From: Blastocystis sp. Blastoise
Lineage: Eukaryota; Protista; Bigyra: Opalinata
Length of the DNA: 64,000 nt
Direction: 5' to 3'
Assembly (NCBI GenBank): GCA_039096225.1
Contig: JBBPEB010000009.1
Location: 496,001-560,000, forward strand
The notes beneath the pieces are model-generated. The model was given only the letters and a program-made list of their open reading frames with translations, made no database searches and had not been told where the DNA came from. A program made the translations under genes and the position numbers. Numbering within the stretch: position 1 is the stretch's first letter; every line of letters begins with the position of its first letter. Positions 41,000 to 55,177 of this stretch are shown piece after piece.

Positions 41000-41853
41000 C
41001 TACATTTTATTCTTTAAAGAATCCACAAAACGATCTAGATACAATGGCCAACCAGCTATATTATTATATATATAATTATATCCTTAATGGTATTCATAGT
41101 TTTTATAAAATATAAGATATTATATACATAAAGAGTCATAATTATCAATAGAGAATCCATGTTTTTGAATAAAATAAAACGTCATATTCCATACATCTTT
41201 TGATATATTTTCCTTTGTTTTCTATATAATGAATTATATATATGAAATTATTTTTTAATAGTGTAAACATATATATATACATTCATGTATTTTATATAAT
41301 CTTCCTTATAAATAAAAATAGATTGATCAAAGAGTCTATCTATATAATATGCTGCTATCTTATAATCCATTCGTCTCTTTTCAATCTGACTATTTGTAAT
41401 GTACGAAAAAACATAAAAATATATTTTCTATTTAAATAGACTATATTTCATTTCAGTTCATATACCTTAAATATCTTTTCTTGATGTAAATAAAGTCTTA
41501 ATTTTGGAATTTGATCACGTAATTCTTCAATTGACGATATACTATTACAAGAATTATAAATTATAAATACTGTCAATCTTAAACATACTTTTGTGATTCA
41601 AATAACCTAAGAAACTCTGATTTCGAATAGACAAACATTCGTTCACAATTCATTATCCATGCAAAAACAAGAAGAATCATATCATTCTATACTTGTAATA
41701 TATTCAAGAATTATTTAACTATGAATATCATACTTCTATATCAATATCTAAGTCATTACCCAGTTTTTCTAATCCAAAGACGTCAATTTCTGTTTGTTCA
41801 TCATTACAATATTTCAAAAAGAGTGAAATAACTCTGTTGGAGTCATAAACCAT
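41000..41853 (-). CDS. DCN1-like (DCUN1D, cullin neddylation) protein
   Basis: 5 GT-AG introns; IDVFGLEKLGNDLDIDIE, LLVFAW, ISKDVWNM, NYDSLSGWPLYLDRFVD (PONY domain). Confidence 0.88.
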
Positions 41854-41942
41854 TTTTTCTTTAATAAAATTGAAATGATTAGTTAGGTTTGTAAAAAGTA
41901 TATTAAAAAAATAAAATATTTTTATTTCCATTCTTATTTATC

Positions 41943-43572
41943 ATGCTACTTGATTTCATAGTGACTCTTTTTCAGTTCTGTTTTACCTGTATTGCTTGGC
42001 CTATAGAACTAATTGCCGCTCTTTTTGAAACAATATTTTCTCTATTTAAATGTAATTCTGTGCGGCTTCCAAAAGTTATTGCCATCACTGGTGCCTCTTC
42101 AGGTATTGGAGAAGAACTAGCAAAAAAATATGCATTGAATGTATCCGAATATAAGTTAATCCATTTTTACTATCTTATTTAGGGTAATAAGTTGATATTA
42201 ATTGCTAGAAACATAAATAAACTAAATGAATTAAAGTTAAATTTAGAAATGAATGGTTGTAGCGTAGAGGTTCATCAAGTTGACGTCACAGATCGTGAAA
42301 TGATGAAGTCTGTGCTTTCTGAATATGATCAGGTATTTATTAAACTAAAAGAAATCTAATTTTTTCTGTATTTTATATTTAGATAGACCTTGTTATTGCT
42401 AATGCAGGAACTACTCAAGAACTTATGGATATCAACGCTTCAGAGAATCTCTTATCTGATGTATATAGAGTCATTTATGCTGTTATTTTATCACTTTAGA
42501 CAACATACACATTATTTAATACAAATGTTTATGGTGTTTTTAACACTATTTTACCTGTTGTTGATATTATGAAAGTATATATATATATATTTTGTATTGA
42601 ATATTTATCTACTGTTAAACTATATTATTATTTTGAGTATCTGATACTTTTGAATAATAAATCATTTATTATATATTATTATTTTATTATTTATTTTATT
42701 AGGATTCTTTGAGAATACATATTTTTATAAATATTATCAATATTCTTTAATTCATTAATTAATTAATTATATATATATATAGAAACAAGGATATGGTCAA
42801 ATATGTGTAGTGTCTTCTATAGCTGGATTAGGTATAAATGGATTGTATCCCTTATATAGTGCATCTAAACTAGCTATTCGAGGATGGGCAGAAGGTATTC
42901 GCTATTGTTTATTATTATTATTATTATTAAATTTATTATTATTGTTAAATTTATTATTATTGTTAAATTTATTATTTTTACACACATATATTTATATAGG
43001 TTTAAGAGCAATGCTTCAACCTTATGGCATTCAAGTTAGCATTGTTTGTCCATGTATATTATTATATATATACTCTATTCTATTTATATATATTACATAT
43101 ATAATCATCATCATATATATGTTGAGAAAGAAATAATAATAATAATATTAATAATAATAATATATAGGTGGAGTAAAAACGCCGTTATATGACGCACTGG
43201 GGTACCCCTCATGGCTTAGTATTTCTACAGAAAAATGTGCAAATAGTATTTTATACGGATTAATAAAGAATCGACTTCATATCACTTGCTTCTCTCCTAT
43301 ATATATATATATATATAGTTTAATAATATCCATTATTTTTCTAAATATTATTCATAAATATCTTATGTTTATTAACATATATATATATATACTCTATATT
43401 ATATAGTATATATATTCTTTCTTGGATTTATTTAAGTCAACCAGTTCAACAAATCAAAAGACTACTTTTATTTATAGAATCAAAAATGAGGTTTATTTCT
43501 TATATTGCTCCCTATAAAGAATTCGCTTTTCCAGAAGAAATACCTATATCAATGAAAACTCATGAAAACTAA
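41943..43572 (+). CDS. Short-chain dehydrogenase/reductase
   Basis: ITGASSGIGEELA, IANAG, SSIAG, YSASK motifs; the last junction (about 43300-43406) is ambiguous. Confidence 0.9.
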
Positions 43573-44574
43573 TTCTTTTATATATTTATATATATATTAT
43601 ATTTTGATTGATGATTATATATATATAAGAAATCCTTTTTGCTTGAGAGTACAGATTTCTTCTTTTTTCATCAATTCTTTTATTTAATTGCTACTTATAT
43701 TTATTACTTCTAACAATTAAATATACAACAGAATAAAACTATACATAAAAATAATTAATTCAAGTATTCCGTTATAACCACATTTTTGAAAAATAAAATA
43801 TATACATATATATATTTGTTTATTATGTTCATTTTTTATATATAATAAAAAGTGAATGCTTTTATTAAAGATAAGCTTTATCTGTTATTAAAGTTAGCAA
43901 CAATAATAAGAGTAATACTATATCATAATTGTCACATACATTTTTTTAAAGAAAAATTGATTATACCATAATAAGACTACATAAGACAAATTAATAATTA
44001 GTGTGACTATGATGTATTACATGTATATGAATTTAACTTATAAGCAATTAATTATTCCAAAATAAAAATCAATTGATCAACAAATCTACAAGTATATCAT
44101 AATATTTTTTTATCTATAATAATAATTCTTATTTATAATAATGCTCTTATCACAAAGAAAAGAAAATAAACCTAATATTCTTTTTTAAACAACACTTATA
44201 ACATAAATTAACCAAAATAAATGAAATAATATACTCCTTGTTAAATCAAATTAAAGGAATAGAACTGCTCTAAATATATTATAATTATTAATATTATTAT
44301 TCTTTAACATTTTGATCATTTAATATGAAGAAATAAAAATAACGTAAACGAAAGAATAACCCTCTTTTTAGAGGTCTTTGTTTCACTAAATACACTTCTT
44401 TTTAACACACATCTTATTCCCAATATTATTTTTATTTTTATACTAATATTTCTGATATTTCTAAAAAACTAGCTTCATTTTCAGTTTTTGATTTTTTTTT
44501 ATTATTTTAGTATTTAAAAGTCAAAGATTTCAGTTTTAGTATAATCTCATTTTTATTTTATTATTTATAAGAAC

Positions 44575-46567
44575 ATGAGTGGATCGACATTCAATAATCA
44601 GTATATATACTTATTCATATCTTCTAAAATAACACATTTTTTCAATTCTTATGCATTTTCTCAATTTCCTTTTCATGAATATCTTATATATATCTTTATT
44701 ATTGACAACAATATCAATGAAGGCTTAGCAATACTCTTTAGAACAGTTAATTAATAATTATTATAGAAATAATTCAAATTTATCAAATTATGATTCTTCA
44801 TGTGTGCCTAGCGCAATGAACAATCCATATGGTAATGAACCAATTATTCCGTCTTCAGTTCAGTATAATCCTGGAATTCCTATTCAATCCAATCTTCCAA
44901 TTCAATCAAATCTTCCTGTTATTCCTTCAAATGAATCTAATATATATTCACAAACCTATTCTCAAAACATATCTAATACAAATAATAATTCATATATTCC
45001 TTCAGCTGCTCCTATTCCTATGGCTACTCCAATTAATTCTGTTCCGATTCCAGTTAATGTTCAAATGAACTCTGCTCCTATTTCTATGTCTGCACCTACA
45101 AATTCAATTCCAGTTCCTGTAGCTGCTCCAATTAATTCTGCATCTATTCCAGTCAGTCATAAACTTAATCCTATGCCTGTTCCTATGCCTGCACCAATTA
45201 ATTATCTTCCTTTTCCTCTAGGTACACAGGGATCTTCATCTTTAGTTCCAACTGGTATTCCTGGAAATAATGTAAATGACGCATATTCAATGAATACAAA
45301 TAATACTAATGATCCATCAAAGGAACAACCTGTAAATATTTTTGCTATGGAAATGGAAGAAGAAAATGAAGTATTACCTACACCTGAACCTGATTGGTAT
45401 CTATATACTATATTTATATAATAATATATAATATATATATATAATAATATACATATATATTATAATATACATATATAATAAATATATATACAATAATATA
45501 CTTATAATACTATATGCCATCTCTTATATATATAGGAATCCAATTGATGTATATATATATATATATAATTATCTACTTATTATTTTATATCTGTAACATG
45601 AATATAGTATGAAACTGCTGGATTTTCAGAAGAAGATGGTGATTTTTATGAAAGTGTTTATTATACGTATTCTTCGAAAGAAATTGTGTATATTGTTTTA
45701 GCTCTTGATATCGTATATAACTATTATAGTTATTCTTCTATATTTTTGATTATGATAATTTATATGATAAACATTATCATTTTATAATAATATATATTTA
45801 CTTGTATGAACATATTAGATATACTATACATGCTATTACATAAATATACAAGATAAATTGTTTTTAACTATAGTTCTTTTCAGGTATTGTTTTACTTGTA
45901 TATAATGATTCAATTATTGTATATACATTTATAACACCAGTTCTCAGTATTATCATTCTGTGCGGATCATGGTTCGTTTTAACTATTATTATATCCTATA
46001 CTATATATATATATATTACATTATAAATTATTATAATTTTTAAAGTATATATATATAATATAATTTTTAAAAATAGTTTATACTTTATAAGTACAGAAAA
46101 AAATTGATATTATTATCATTCTCTTTTTCTTTAACTTTATACCCTGTTCTTCTCTATTGTGCCACAGTAGTCTACAGAATTGTAATTATGATCAATGAAT
46201 TGAATGGTGTATTGAATATGTTCTGTATATTTGCAGAACCTATATTAATATGGCTATTAACGACTTTCTTTGTTAAACGAAAACTATTAGATCGCGCAGG
46301 TATATATGATTTCATTTAAATAATTCTTAACATTGTGTACTAATGATATATATATCATCATCATATTGATTATCTTTTATAACACTGATATATAATTTTA
46401 GCTACTTTTATTCTATCAATAAAATATCAACAATTTTTTATTATTTTTGAATACATATAGGTATTAAAAGAATTCAGCAGCTAATGGTAAGAGCTAACAA
46501 GAATAGAATACATTATGGACTACCACCGTTAAATAGAAACAAGCGTCGAAGACATCGAAACTATTAA
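44575..46567 (+). CDS. Unknown membrane protein: Pro/Asn-rich N-terminus + about 4 TM helices (paralog A)
   Basis: ATG 44575; 7 exons including a 13-nt microexon (45536-45548); colinear with 55178-57125. Confidence 0.7.
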
Positions 46568-46629
46568 TAATTAGGCTTCAATACTTTTTAATTTATTTAT
46601 AATGTTTTATTTGGTTTTATTTTATTTTA

Positions 46630-46807
46630 TTTTTATTCTATTCTATTTTATTTTTATTCTATTCTATTCTATTCTATTCTATTCTATTTTATTCTATTCT
46701 ATTCTATTCTATTTTTATTCTATTCTCTATTCTCTATTCTCTATTCTCTATTCTCTATTCTCTATTCTCTATTCTCTATTCTCTATTCTCTATTCTCTAT
46801 TCTCTAT
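46630..46807 (+). repeat. (TATTC)n/(TATTCTC)n microsatellite 3' of paralog A
   Basis: Direct inspection. Confidence 0.85.
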
Positions 46808-48287
46808 TGTATTCTTCGACTAGATCATTATACTGATATCAATTTATGATTAATAATTAATATGCAATCGCGTTTACTCATTATAAAAAAAATAAATTTT
46901 ATGATTTATTATTCTTGGTCTTCTTTTTCTACATTGGTATTTAATATAGAGCACAATCTATTTTTGGATTCATTGTTTAATAAAATATATATATATATAA
47001 ACTATTTTTATATAAGAAACATAAATACATTGTTGGATATCGCTTTATGAGAGCTTTAACATTGAAAGAGTTTATATCTATTAACACTATTTCTACATTT
47101 TCAACAACTATATACATTTATTTAAAAAACTATTAATTATGCAAATTACAGCAGAAAACAAGTCCTACTCTACTCATTTTATGAATAAATAGAAAACTAC
47201 TAATGTTACAGCTTTATTTATATATTAAAAATGTTGATTACACAACTAGTAGAATATATAACTACATGAAAACATAGAATTTATATTCACTAATATCTGG
47301 TATTCTTTTATTGTTTTATTTTATATATTATCATAAAGAGACATAAAATGTTTTTTAATTCTTCTTCTTATAAATTGGCTATCTATTAGAAAACTTATTA
47401 ACAGTGATTATACAATTTTGTATAATATCTAGAGTGTTAATATTCCTCTATATTAGTTTATTTATTTATACTATTATTTATTTCAGTACAGTATTAATTA
47501 TTAATTTACAAGTAACATATAGGCTATTATACAGCTTTACCTAACCAATCACAACTATAATACATTTATATGGATTTATAAAATAACTGACTAAAAATGT
47601 TAATCTAGACAATATATAAATATTCATTATAAAAAAAAATTCCAAGAATTGACCAGAAAACAGAAATTTTTAGTTTTTAAGATCTGCAGATAGAATATCC
47701 CCTAATATCAGTTATAATTAATATTAATAAGAATATTTTTTTATATCAGTTTCAATCAGATTGAAGAAGAAAAGATGAATATATTACTACCAGAATTAAA
47801 CACTTTTATATGATGTCTATTATGAGCATTACTTAGGAAATATTAACTAAATCTCATTATAACATTCCAAATTTGATAAGGAAACTAATGCTGATTATAT
47901 ATATTATTCTTATTTATTAATAGTAATAATCTAGGAAGCATATAGTTATATGTAATATATTAAAAACTGTTTTCATTAGTTGCTATGAAATTCTACATTC
48001 ATTTCATTTATTCATCATATAATCATTAAAATACTATGAAACATTCATCAATCGTTAATAAAAAATTTCTGAGAGTAAAAAGGAGAATTCTAAGAGAGTA
48101 TATAAGTTGTTTTTTGCCTTAAAATTTGAAAACTACAAGTTAACGAAATACCTTATTATTCGATAAGAGAATGAATTAACAATAAAGGAAAACAATATAT
48201 ATAATATTAAAACGTGATGAATACATAAATGTATGATAAATAACAATAAGAGGAAACAATAATAAATATACTATAAGATATTATTCA

Positions 48288-49150
48288 TTAATTAAATAAG
48301 TCAACGAATTTAGAATTAAAATAATGATTATTTTCATTCATATATTTCTCTATAATGGATTTATACAACTCATTAGTTCTATCTATAGATAAAACATAAA
48401 GATGTATAAAATAGAATATATATATATACAGTAAGAGTTAAACACCACATCTTTTAAACATGGAAAATGTCTTTCATTTAATAAATTCAAAAATATATTC
48501 ATATGTTTCTTATCAATAATAACTAGAGAAATAAAATATAAAATGATTTTTATATTTTTGATATATACATAATTCTAAGAATTGAACAGATTTCATTTTT
48601 TCGTTTCCTAACATAGCAAATATATAATCACAATAAGATCTCACATGTTTATTTTCAGAGAAAATACAGTGTGGCATTTTAATAGATATGACTGGTTTAT
48701 GTAAATAAACTGAAAGAGATGGGAATGATTGAAAAATATTAACTGCTTTTTGAGAATTATTAGCTATTATTAGTTAAAGAATTAAAAACGATTAAAAATT
48801 ATATACATTTACAAGGAACATCTATTTGAAATTGATTGAAAAAAGGAAGAACAATTGATGGATTATGCTTAAAGCATAGTATGAAATCATTAATATACTT
48901 TATTGGTACTATTTCATCTATATAATAGCAGAATTTGTATATTATATTCTTTATACATACAATTAAAATAGAGATTCAAGGTATGTATTTTTAAAAGCTG
49001 ATTCTTTTTGAAAAATAGAGAAATTGTCTCAAACATGTTTTTAATATTTATTATTGAGTCTAAAACATTTAATAATAAAATTTTTAATAATAATAATAAT
49101 AAATATAATAATAAATATAATAATAATAAATATAATAATAATAATAATAA

Positions 49151-49184
<34 letters not shown>

Positions 49185-52100
49185 TAATATATATATATAT
49201 ATATATTTACCAAATAAGAGTGTTAAGTTTTTGATATTTTTAAATAATGGTAAACTGATACATCGTTCTAATACATTTATATTAGAAAAACATTTTGCTA
49301 CTATATATTTAGAGAATAGTAATTGAGAGAGTGTGATTATTAATAATCAATATAAAGCTTTTTCATACATGATAAATTCACTATTATTACTTTATTTGTA
49401 AATAGTGACAAAAACTTATATAAATTCATAGTATTCTCAATTTTTGTTTTATCCTGTAAGATCAATTGTTCATCTTCTTCTCGTTCATCTATAATGTAAT
49501 ATGTATAAATATTGATATATACATATAATTATATATAGTATAATAAATATATATATATACTGATGTACAATTCAGTGACAGAATTATAATTCCCAGAACA
49601 TAGAATAGAAAAATAATCATTCACAGTGGAAGTTTGACAATCTTTATTGCAAACAACTATATATATATATATTGATAATTAGTATACTAATAACATAATA
49701 AAATAAGTATAATAAAAGCATACAATCAATTGTCACTGTCTTTAAATTAGTATAATTCATATTTTTAAATACATTGTTCATATTAAGAATTTCATTATGT
49801 GTAGAAAAATCTATATCTAAAAGAAATATAATATAGTATATATATGTTGCTATTATTAGTCATAAATAGACTATTAATAAAATACAAATATATAAACATT
49901 CAAAAGGTGATGAACTGAAATCAAGTAATTCTCCGTTAATTTTATGTTGATTCATCTTTTCAACTATAGATATAATTATATATATATAAATTATAATATG
50001 TAGATACAATCAAAACAGAGGGTATCAATATTTAGTTTTTTAGAATCATATAATTGTTTCCATAATGAATCATATCTATCAATAATCAAAGATGCTAAAT
50101 ATTTGAATTATAAATGATTAGAATACATATATATATAAAGAATACTGTTAATAGTTAACTTTTGATTTGATGTTTGAGTAACTAACATCGAAAGTACTTC
50201 ATTAGATAACAAGTAGAGTGGATTATTCGATGCCTTATAATTAAAAGATAAATTTAATGTATCAATTAATTGAAGAAGCGAAGAATGAAATAAAAGAGGA
50301 ATAGATGTTAATATGATATTATCTGAAGAGTCTTCATTTGAACAGATAGTATATATATGTAATCGAGGAAAATTTTCTCTTGATATTAATGGAAATATAT
50401 CCCAATAAATATAACGAAAATCATTCTCTAAGGAATTTAATATATGAATTATATATAGATAGAAAGAAGAATAAATAAAACAATAAATAGAATAACATGT
50501 TTTAGAATATTTAGAAAAATACATAATATAATTATTGAAATAATAAAAATTTAATAATCATAATCATAATTTTAATCATAAATTAGTTATACCTTTAACA
50601 TTAAACGTAGTAACATTAGGGAATACATGACTAGTAATTATTTGCTTAAATAATTCTTTATGTTCAGGATAGGATGTAATTTGAATAACTATGTATATAT
50701 ATAGTTATATATAGTTATATATAGTTATACAATTAAAGAAATTTATATGTTGAATAGCATCAAAAATATTATTATTAATTGCTCTTAATAATGGAGGCAT
50801 ATCAATATGATATATAGATGACTCATATTCTATATATATGTATATATTATATTTATATATATAGATAATATAAATAATATATATTACGATCAGTAATAAT
50901 TCCTTCTAATTGTTTACAAATAGGTATGTTTAATATGTAATACATAATCTTATCATTTTTATTATCATTTAATCTTTATATTTGAATGTATATACATATA
51001 AAGTGTATACAAAATATAATGATAATGAATATATACTGTAATAGTGGATGCATAGTATCTTTAACTATATATAATTTCATTTATTTATATAACATACTAT
51101 ATATATACTACCGTTATTATAATTAAAATAAAAAGTGAATGTCTGGCGTTTAAAAAAAGAATTCATATTTGACTGTATTTGTTGATCATAACCTTCAAGA
51201 GAATGAACATCACAATTAACAAGTGCTTGAACAACAAATGAAGAACGTGATTCTTTTCTTTCTGTTTTATTTTCATCATATATATGTGAATTTGAATTAA
51301 TATATGAATAAGAGTTATGAGCTATATATATAATATAATATAACTTATTATAACATAAAATAAGCATAATACATACATGGCGTATATGTAACTCGAATAA
51401 TGTGTGGTCTACCTCTTGTCCAACTATCTATATACTCATTATAAGTATTATAATATATATATATATACAACAACCACCACATCGAAAATGATGATTTTGT
51501 TTAATAGTTTGACGAATAAGATCATAATGAGGGTCGTCACCTTGTATGTTAACTCTTTTCCATTTACATAGGCTTTCAACTATATATATATATTTATATA
51601 TAAATGGCATATAGTATTTATATATATATACATATTATTGAATAATCATTAATTTGTGGAAAGATAGAATGAAGATTAGAAGGATATATGTCTTCATAAG
51701 CAATATCATCATAGAAAGAAACTATATATATTAAAACATTTTGTTGAATTAAATGAATAATAATAACAATTATAATTATAATTATAATAATAATAATAAT
51801 TATTATTATTATTATACATACTATCTAAAGATACCGATGTAATATTGAAAAAAACAAATAATGGAGAATAGCTAAGAAATAACTGATTTCTTTCATTTGT
51901 AAAGGATTCTAGATTATATATATATAATAATAATAGCAACATACTATGAATAGAAAGAGAATGACTTATATCTCTATTATCCAAATCACCAAATCTATAT
52001 ATATAGTGAATAAATATTTATATATATTGATACATATGACAATTATTTTGTTCTACAAATTCTATTAATTGATTCATCAGAAAGTCACATATTTTTTTTT

Positions 52101-52455
52101 CATAATCATTATGTTGGTCACCAACAATGCATTTAATATTTTTATATATAGAAATTACTTCATTGAAAGACATCGAATCAAGAGAAACCGATTTATTCAT
52201 ATATGACACTATTTTTCTCATGGAGAACGATGGGAAATCAATATAATATGCATTCTCATCCTCTATATAGCTATCAGAATTGTTATACGTTAAAGACAAC
52301 ACTGATTGTGGAAATCTTTTGAGAAAAGACAGAGGAATGATATCACGAGTCTCATCCTGAAATATAAATACCACTATGTATATTGAATTTGACTGACATA
52401 TTTATATACCATTTTTTTCTTGTTCACCAAGAACTGAATTGATTTCTTCGCTCAT
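48288..52455 (-). CDS. BTB/POZ-like + degenerate leucine-rich-repeat-like protein, 24 exons
   Basis: 23 GT-AG introns keep frame. N-terminus FIFQDETRDIIPLSFLKRFPQSVL...YYIDFPSFSMRKIVSYM is KCTD-type BTB-like; repeated FPNVTTFNV, FPRLHIYTI, YTNLKTVTID, FKNIKNLTLL, FPCLKDVVFN units. Confidence 0.7.
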
Positions 52456-52687
52456 TATCTATATTTATTAATCTCTTCTATTTATAATGAAGATTACAAA
52501 TAATATAAATATATATTTTGATTAAATGTTTAAAAAAACAAAAACTAAAATGAAAGATTGAAAAAAACTATGATTTGTAGTATTTGAAAATAAAATGGTG
52601 ATCCTCTGCAATTCCGATAATTCTCAAGAGAAAAGAAGGCAGAGTTTTTTTGCAAAATTTTTGTTTATTTCTTTTGTTTTCTTTAAA

Positions 52688-54208
52688 ATGGTGAAAGAAA
52701 AGGTGTTATTTGATATTGATAAATTTAATAGGTTGAAGGAGGATATTAATGTATTTGAAGAATTGATGAAAGATGTAGTTAATGTATTTGGATCAGTAAT
52801 GAATCTTGGTATTCATTCTGGAATGTCAATTAATAGACTTATAAAACATATTGGAGATGATTGTATTGAAAAAGAAGGTGAAAGAAATGAATTTGAAAAG
52901 AAATCTGTTTGTGAAAAGAATAATTATGAAAATATGAATATGGACATTGATGTTAATGATGATAATGATATGGATTTAATACGATTTACCAATAATGGTC
53001 CTATATTTCAAATATCAAAATCTGTTTTAGATACTTTGAAAGGTTCTTTTATTGATGATCAACGTGGTGAAGAATATAGAACAAATGATGGATCTGTATA
53101 TCTTGATTATCCTGGAAATGATGCTTTTATTTATTATTTATTAGATTATTTGAATGGAAAGAAAGTAGATTATGATCAATTTTCTTATGAGGAACAATTA
53201 GAAATATTGAATTTATTTGAATTTTGTGGCTTAGTGATTCCTTTAGAATTAATAGATTGTAGAGAAAGAAGAGATCGAAAGATGAAGAAATATGAAGAAG
53301 GAGATGAAGTTTCTTTGATTATAAATGGCAATAAGAATGATATTATTAAAGAATATTTAGTTAAGAATGGATTATGGAATGCTTATGTTAAGAATTATGA
53401 TAATGGATTGATTAATTATAATCCTGTAGATGAAAGTTTATATATGAATAAGGAATACAAATATATTGAATATATTACTGGATATGTAAATAATGGAACT
53501 ATAGATATAGAAGAAGATAAGATTGTTGATATTAATAACGAATTATTAGAGAAAGAAATGATTGAATTCTTTGGTGATAAAGGAAGAGAAGAAGCCGAAG
53601 AAGCAATTATGTCAAGATGGTACAAACAATCAACTATTATTGATAAAGAACTTACAAAGCCATTTATGAATTGGCTTGGTAAAGAAAAGATATGGAAATT
53701 ATTATTTAGGTATATTATTATTTATATTTTATTATATATATATGTATATAGAGCAAGTGAACATAATTATTCAAAAAACGAATTCCATAAATATTGTGAT
53801 GATAAAGGAGAAACAGTAACTATAATTAAACATATAGGTCATAATAATCATATAAATATATTTGGAGGATATACAGATCAAAGTTGGGATAGTTTAAATA
53901 GTAGTAAACCTGCTTCTAAAGAATTTCTCTTTACCTTAAGTAATGAACATAACATTCCTCCTACTCAATATCTACATAATGGAAATGATACAGGTATAAG
54001 TGGTAATCCTTCTTATGGTCCTATATTTGGATCTGATTCAATTGTAATTTCTGATAATGCACATTCTAGTAATTCTAGTTGGATTTGTAATACATCATTT
54101 ACTACTGTTAATACTCCTCAAAAATCATCCTTATTTGTGAATACGAATAATGCTAATTGTACAAATAAATTTATAGTTGAAGATTATGAAGTCTGGGGAA
54201 GAGCTTAA
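52688..54208 (+). CDS. BTB-like + TLDc domain protein
   Basis: GPIFQISKSVL...YLDY...YLLDYLNG (BTB-like); WKLLFR|ASEHNYSKNEFHKYCDDKGETVTII...NIFGGYT...FLFTL...GPIFG...VEDYEVW (TLDc) after removing the 42-nt intron 53710-53751. Confidence 0.9.
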   Translation: MVKEKVLFDIDKFNRLKEDINVFEELMKDVVNVFGSVMNLGIHSGMSINRLIKHIGDDCIEKEGERNEFEKKSVCEKNNYENMNMDIDVNDDNDMDLIRFTNNGPIFQISKSVLDTLKGSFIDDQRGEEYRTNDGSVYLDYPGNDAFIYYLLDYLNGKKVDYDQFSYEEQLEILNLFEFCGLVIPLELIDCRERRDRKMKKYEEGDEVSLIINGNKNDIIKEYLVKNGLWNAYVKNYDNGLINYNPVDESLYMNKEYKYIEYITGYVNNGTIDIEEDKIVDINNELLEKEMIEFFGDKGREEAEEAIMSRWYKQSTIIDKELTKPFMNWLGKEKIWKLLFRYIIIYILLYIYVYRASEHNYSKNEFHKYCDDKGETVTIIKHIGHNNHINIFGGYTDQSWDSLNSSKPASKEFLFTLSNEHNIPPTQYLHNGNDTGISGNPSYGPIFGSDSIVISDNAHSSNSSWICNTSFTTVNTPQKSSLFVNTNNANCTNKFIVEDYEVWGRA

Positions 54209-55177
54209 TATAAATCGATTAAAATTATATTCATTATTCATTTTCTTTTTTCATTATTCTATATATAACTTTATATTGTTTTATGTTTCTTGTTTGAACT
54301 AACTATTTATTATATTATTTATTTTTTTTATGTTATTAAAAAATTTGATATACATCTAATTATATTGATTTATTTGATAATCTTATTAGCATATAAAGTT
54401 TTTCAATATGTAGCTAATATTATACTTAATGACTTTTTTACAAAAGCAACAACTATTATAAATATTTTTTCATAAAAATAACCAAAAAAATATATATATA
54501 TTTTCATATTAATGTATTCTCAGTGAATGAATATCTATTGGAAAATAACAACAGAAAAAAATATAAAATGATACTTGACAATAGGATACTTGTAAACAAA
54601 TAAAAAGAAGATATGAATAAAAATATATATTCCTATTCCTAATTTTTTTAGATCATTAGTCGTATGGTTTTCTCTTCAATCGTACAATAATAATAACTTA
54701 TATATTAATAAATGATATATAGGAGTATTAATCAAAATGATATATAGGAAGAAAGATATTTATTTTAATAATACAAATATTTAATGCTAATCTTATATCT
54801 GTATCTAGTACCATTTGAAGTATATATAAAAAAATATAAAAAGCATATCAAGCAGTATAAATATTACATCAAATACATGAATTTAACAAAAAGTTATTGT
54901 TTCATTCTTCATATTTATTGATATAAAGCATACATACACATTATAGATTTAATAAGAATATTACAAAAAATATCATTTAACGGGAAGATTTTCATGCCTA
55001 TATATAACTTACAATATAGAATCATTGATAATATAAAAAATACAGCTATATTAAAAGAATTTTATATTTAGCAAACTAGCTTCATTTTCAGTTTTCGTTT
55101 TTTTTAACATCTTTTAGTACTTTAAAAAGATTTGATTTTTAGTATAATTTCATTTTTATTTTGTTGTTTATAAGATT

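Noticed and set aside
46900-48280. Long intergenic stretch as a pseudogene, transposon or ncRNA
   Set aside because: No sustained ORF, terminal repeats or recognisable RNA fold.
51680-51687. ATATCCTT on the minus strand
   Set aside because: It lies within an open exon (DIYPSNLHSIFP) bounded by in-phase GT-AG sites. This shows the motif can occur by chance.
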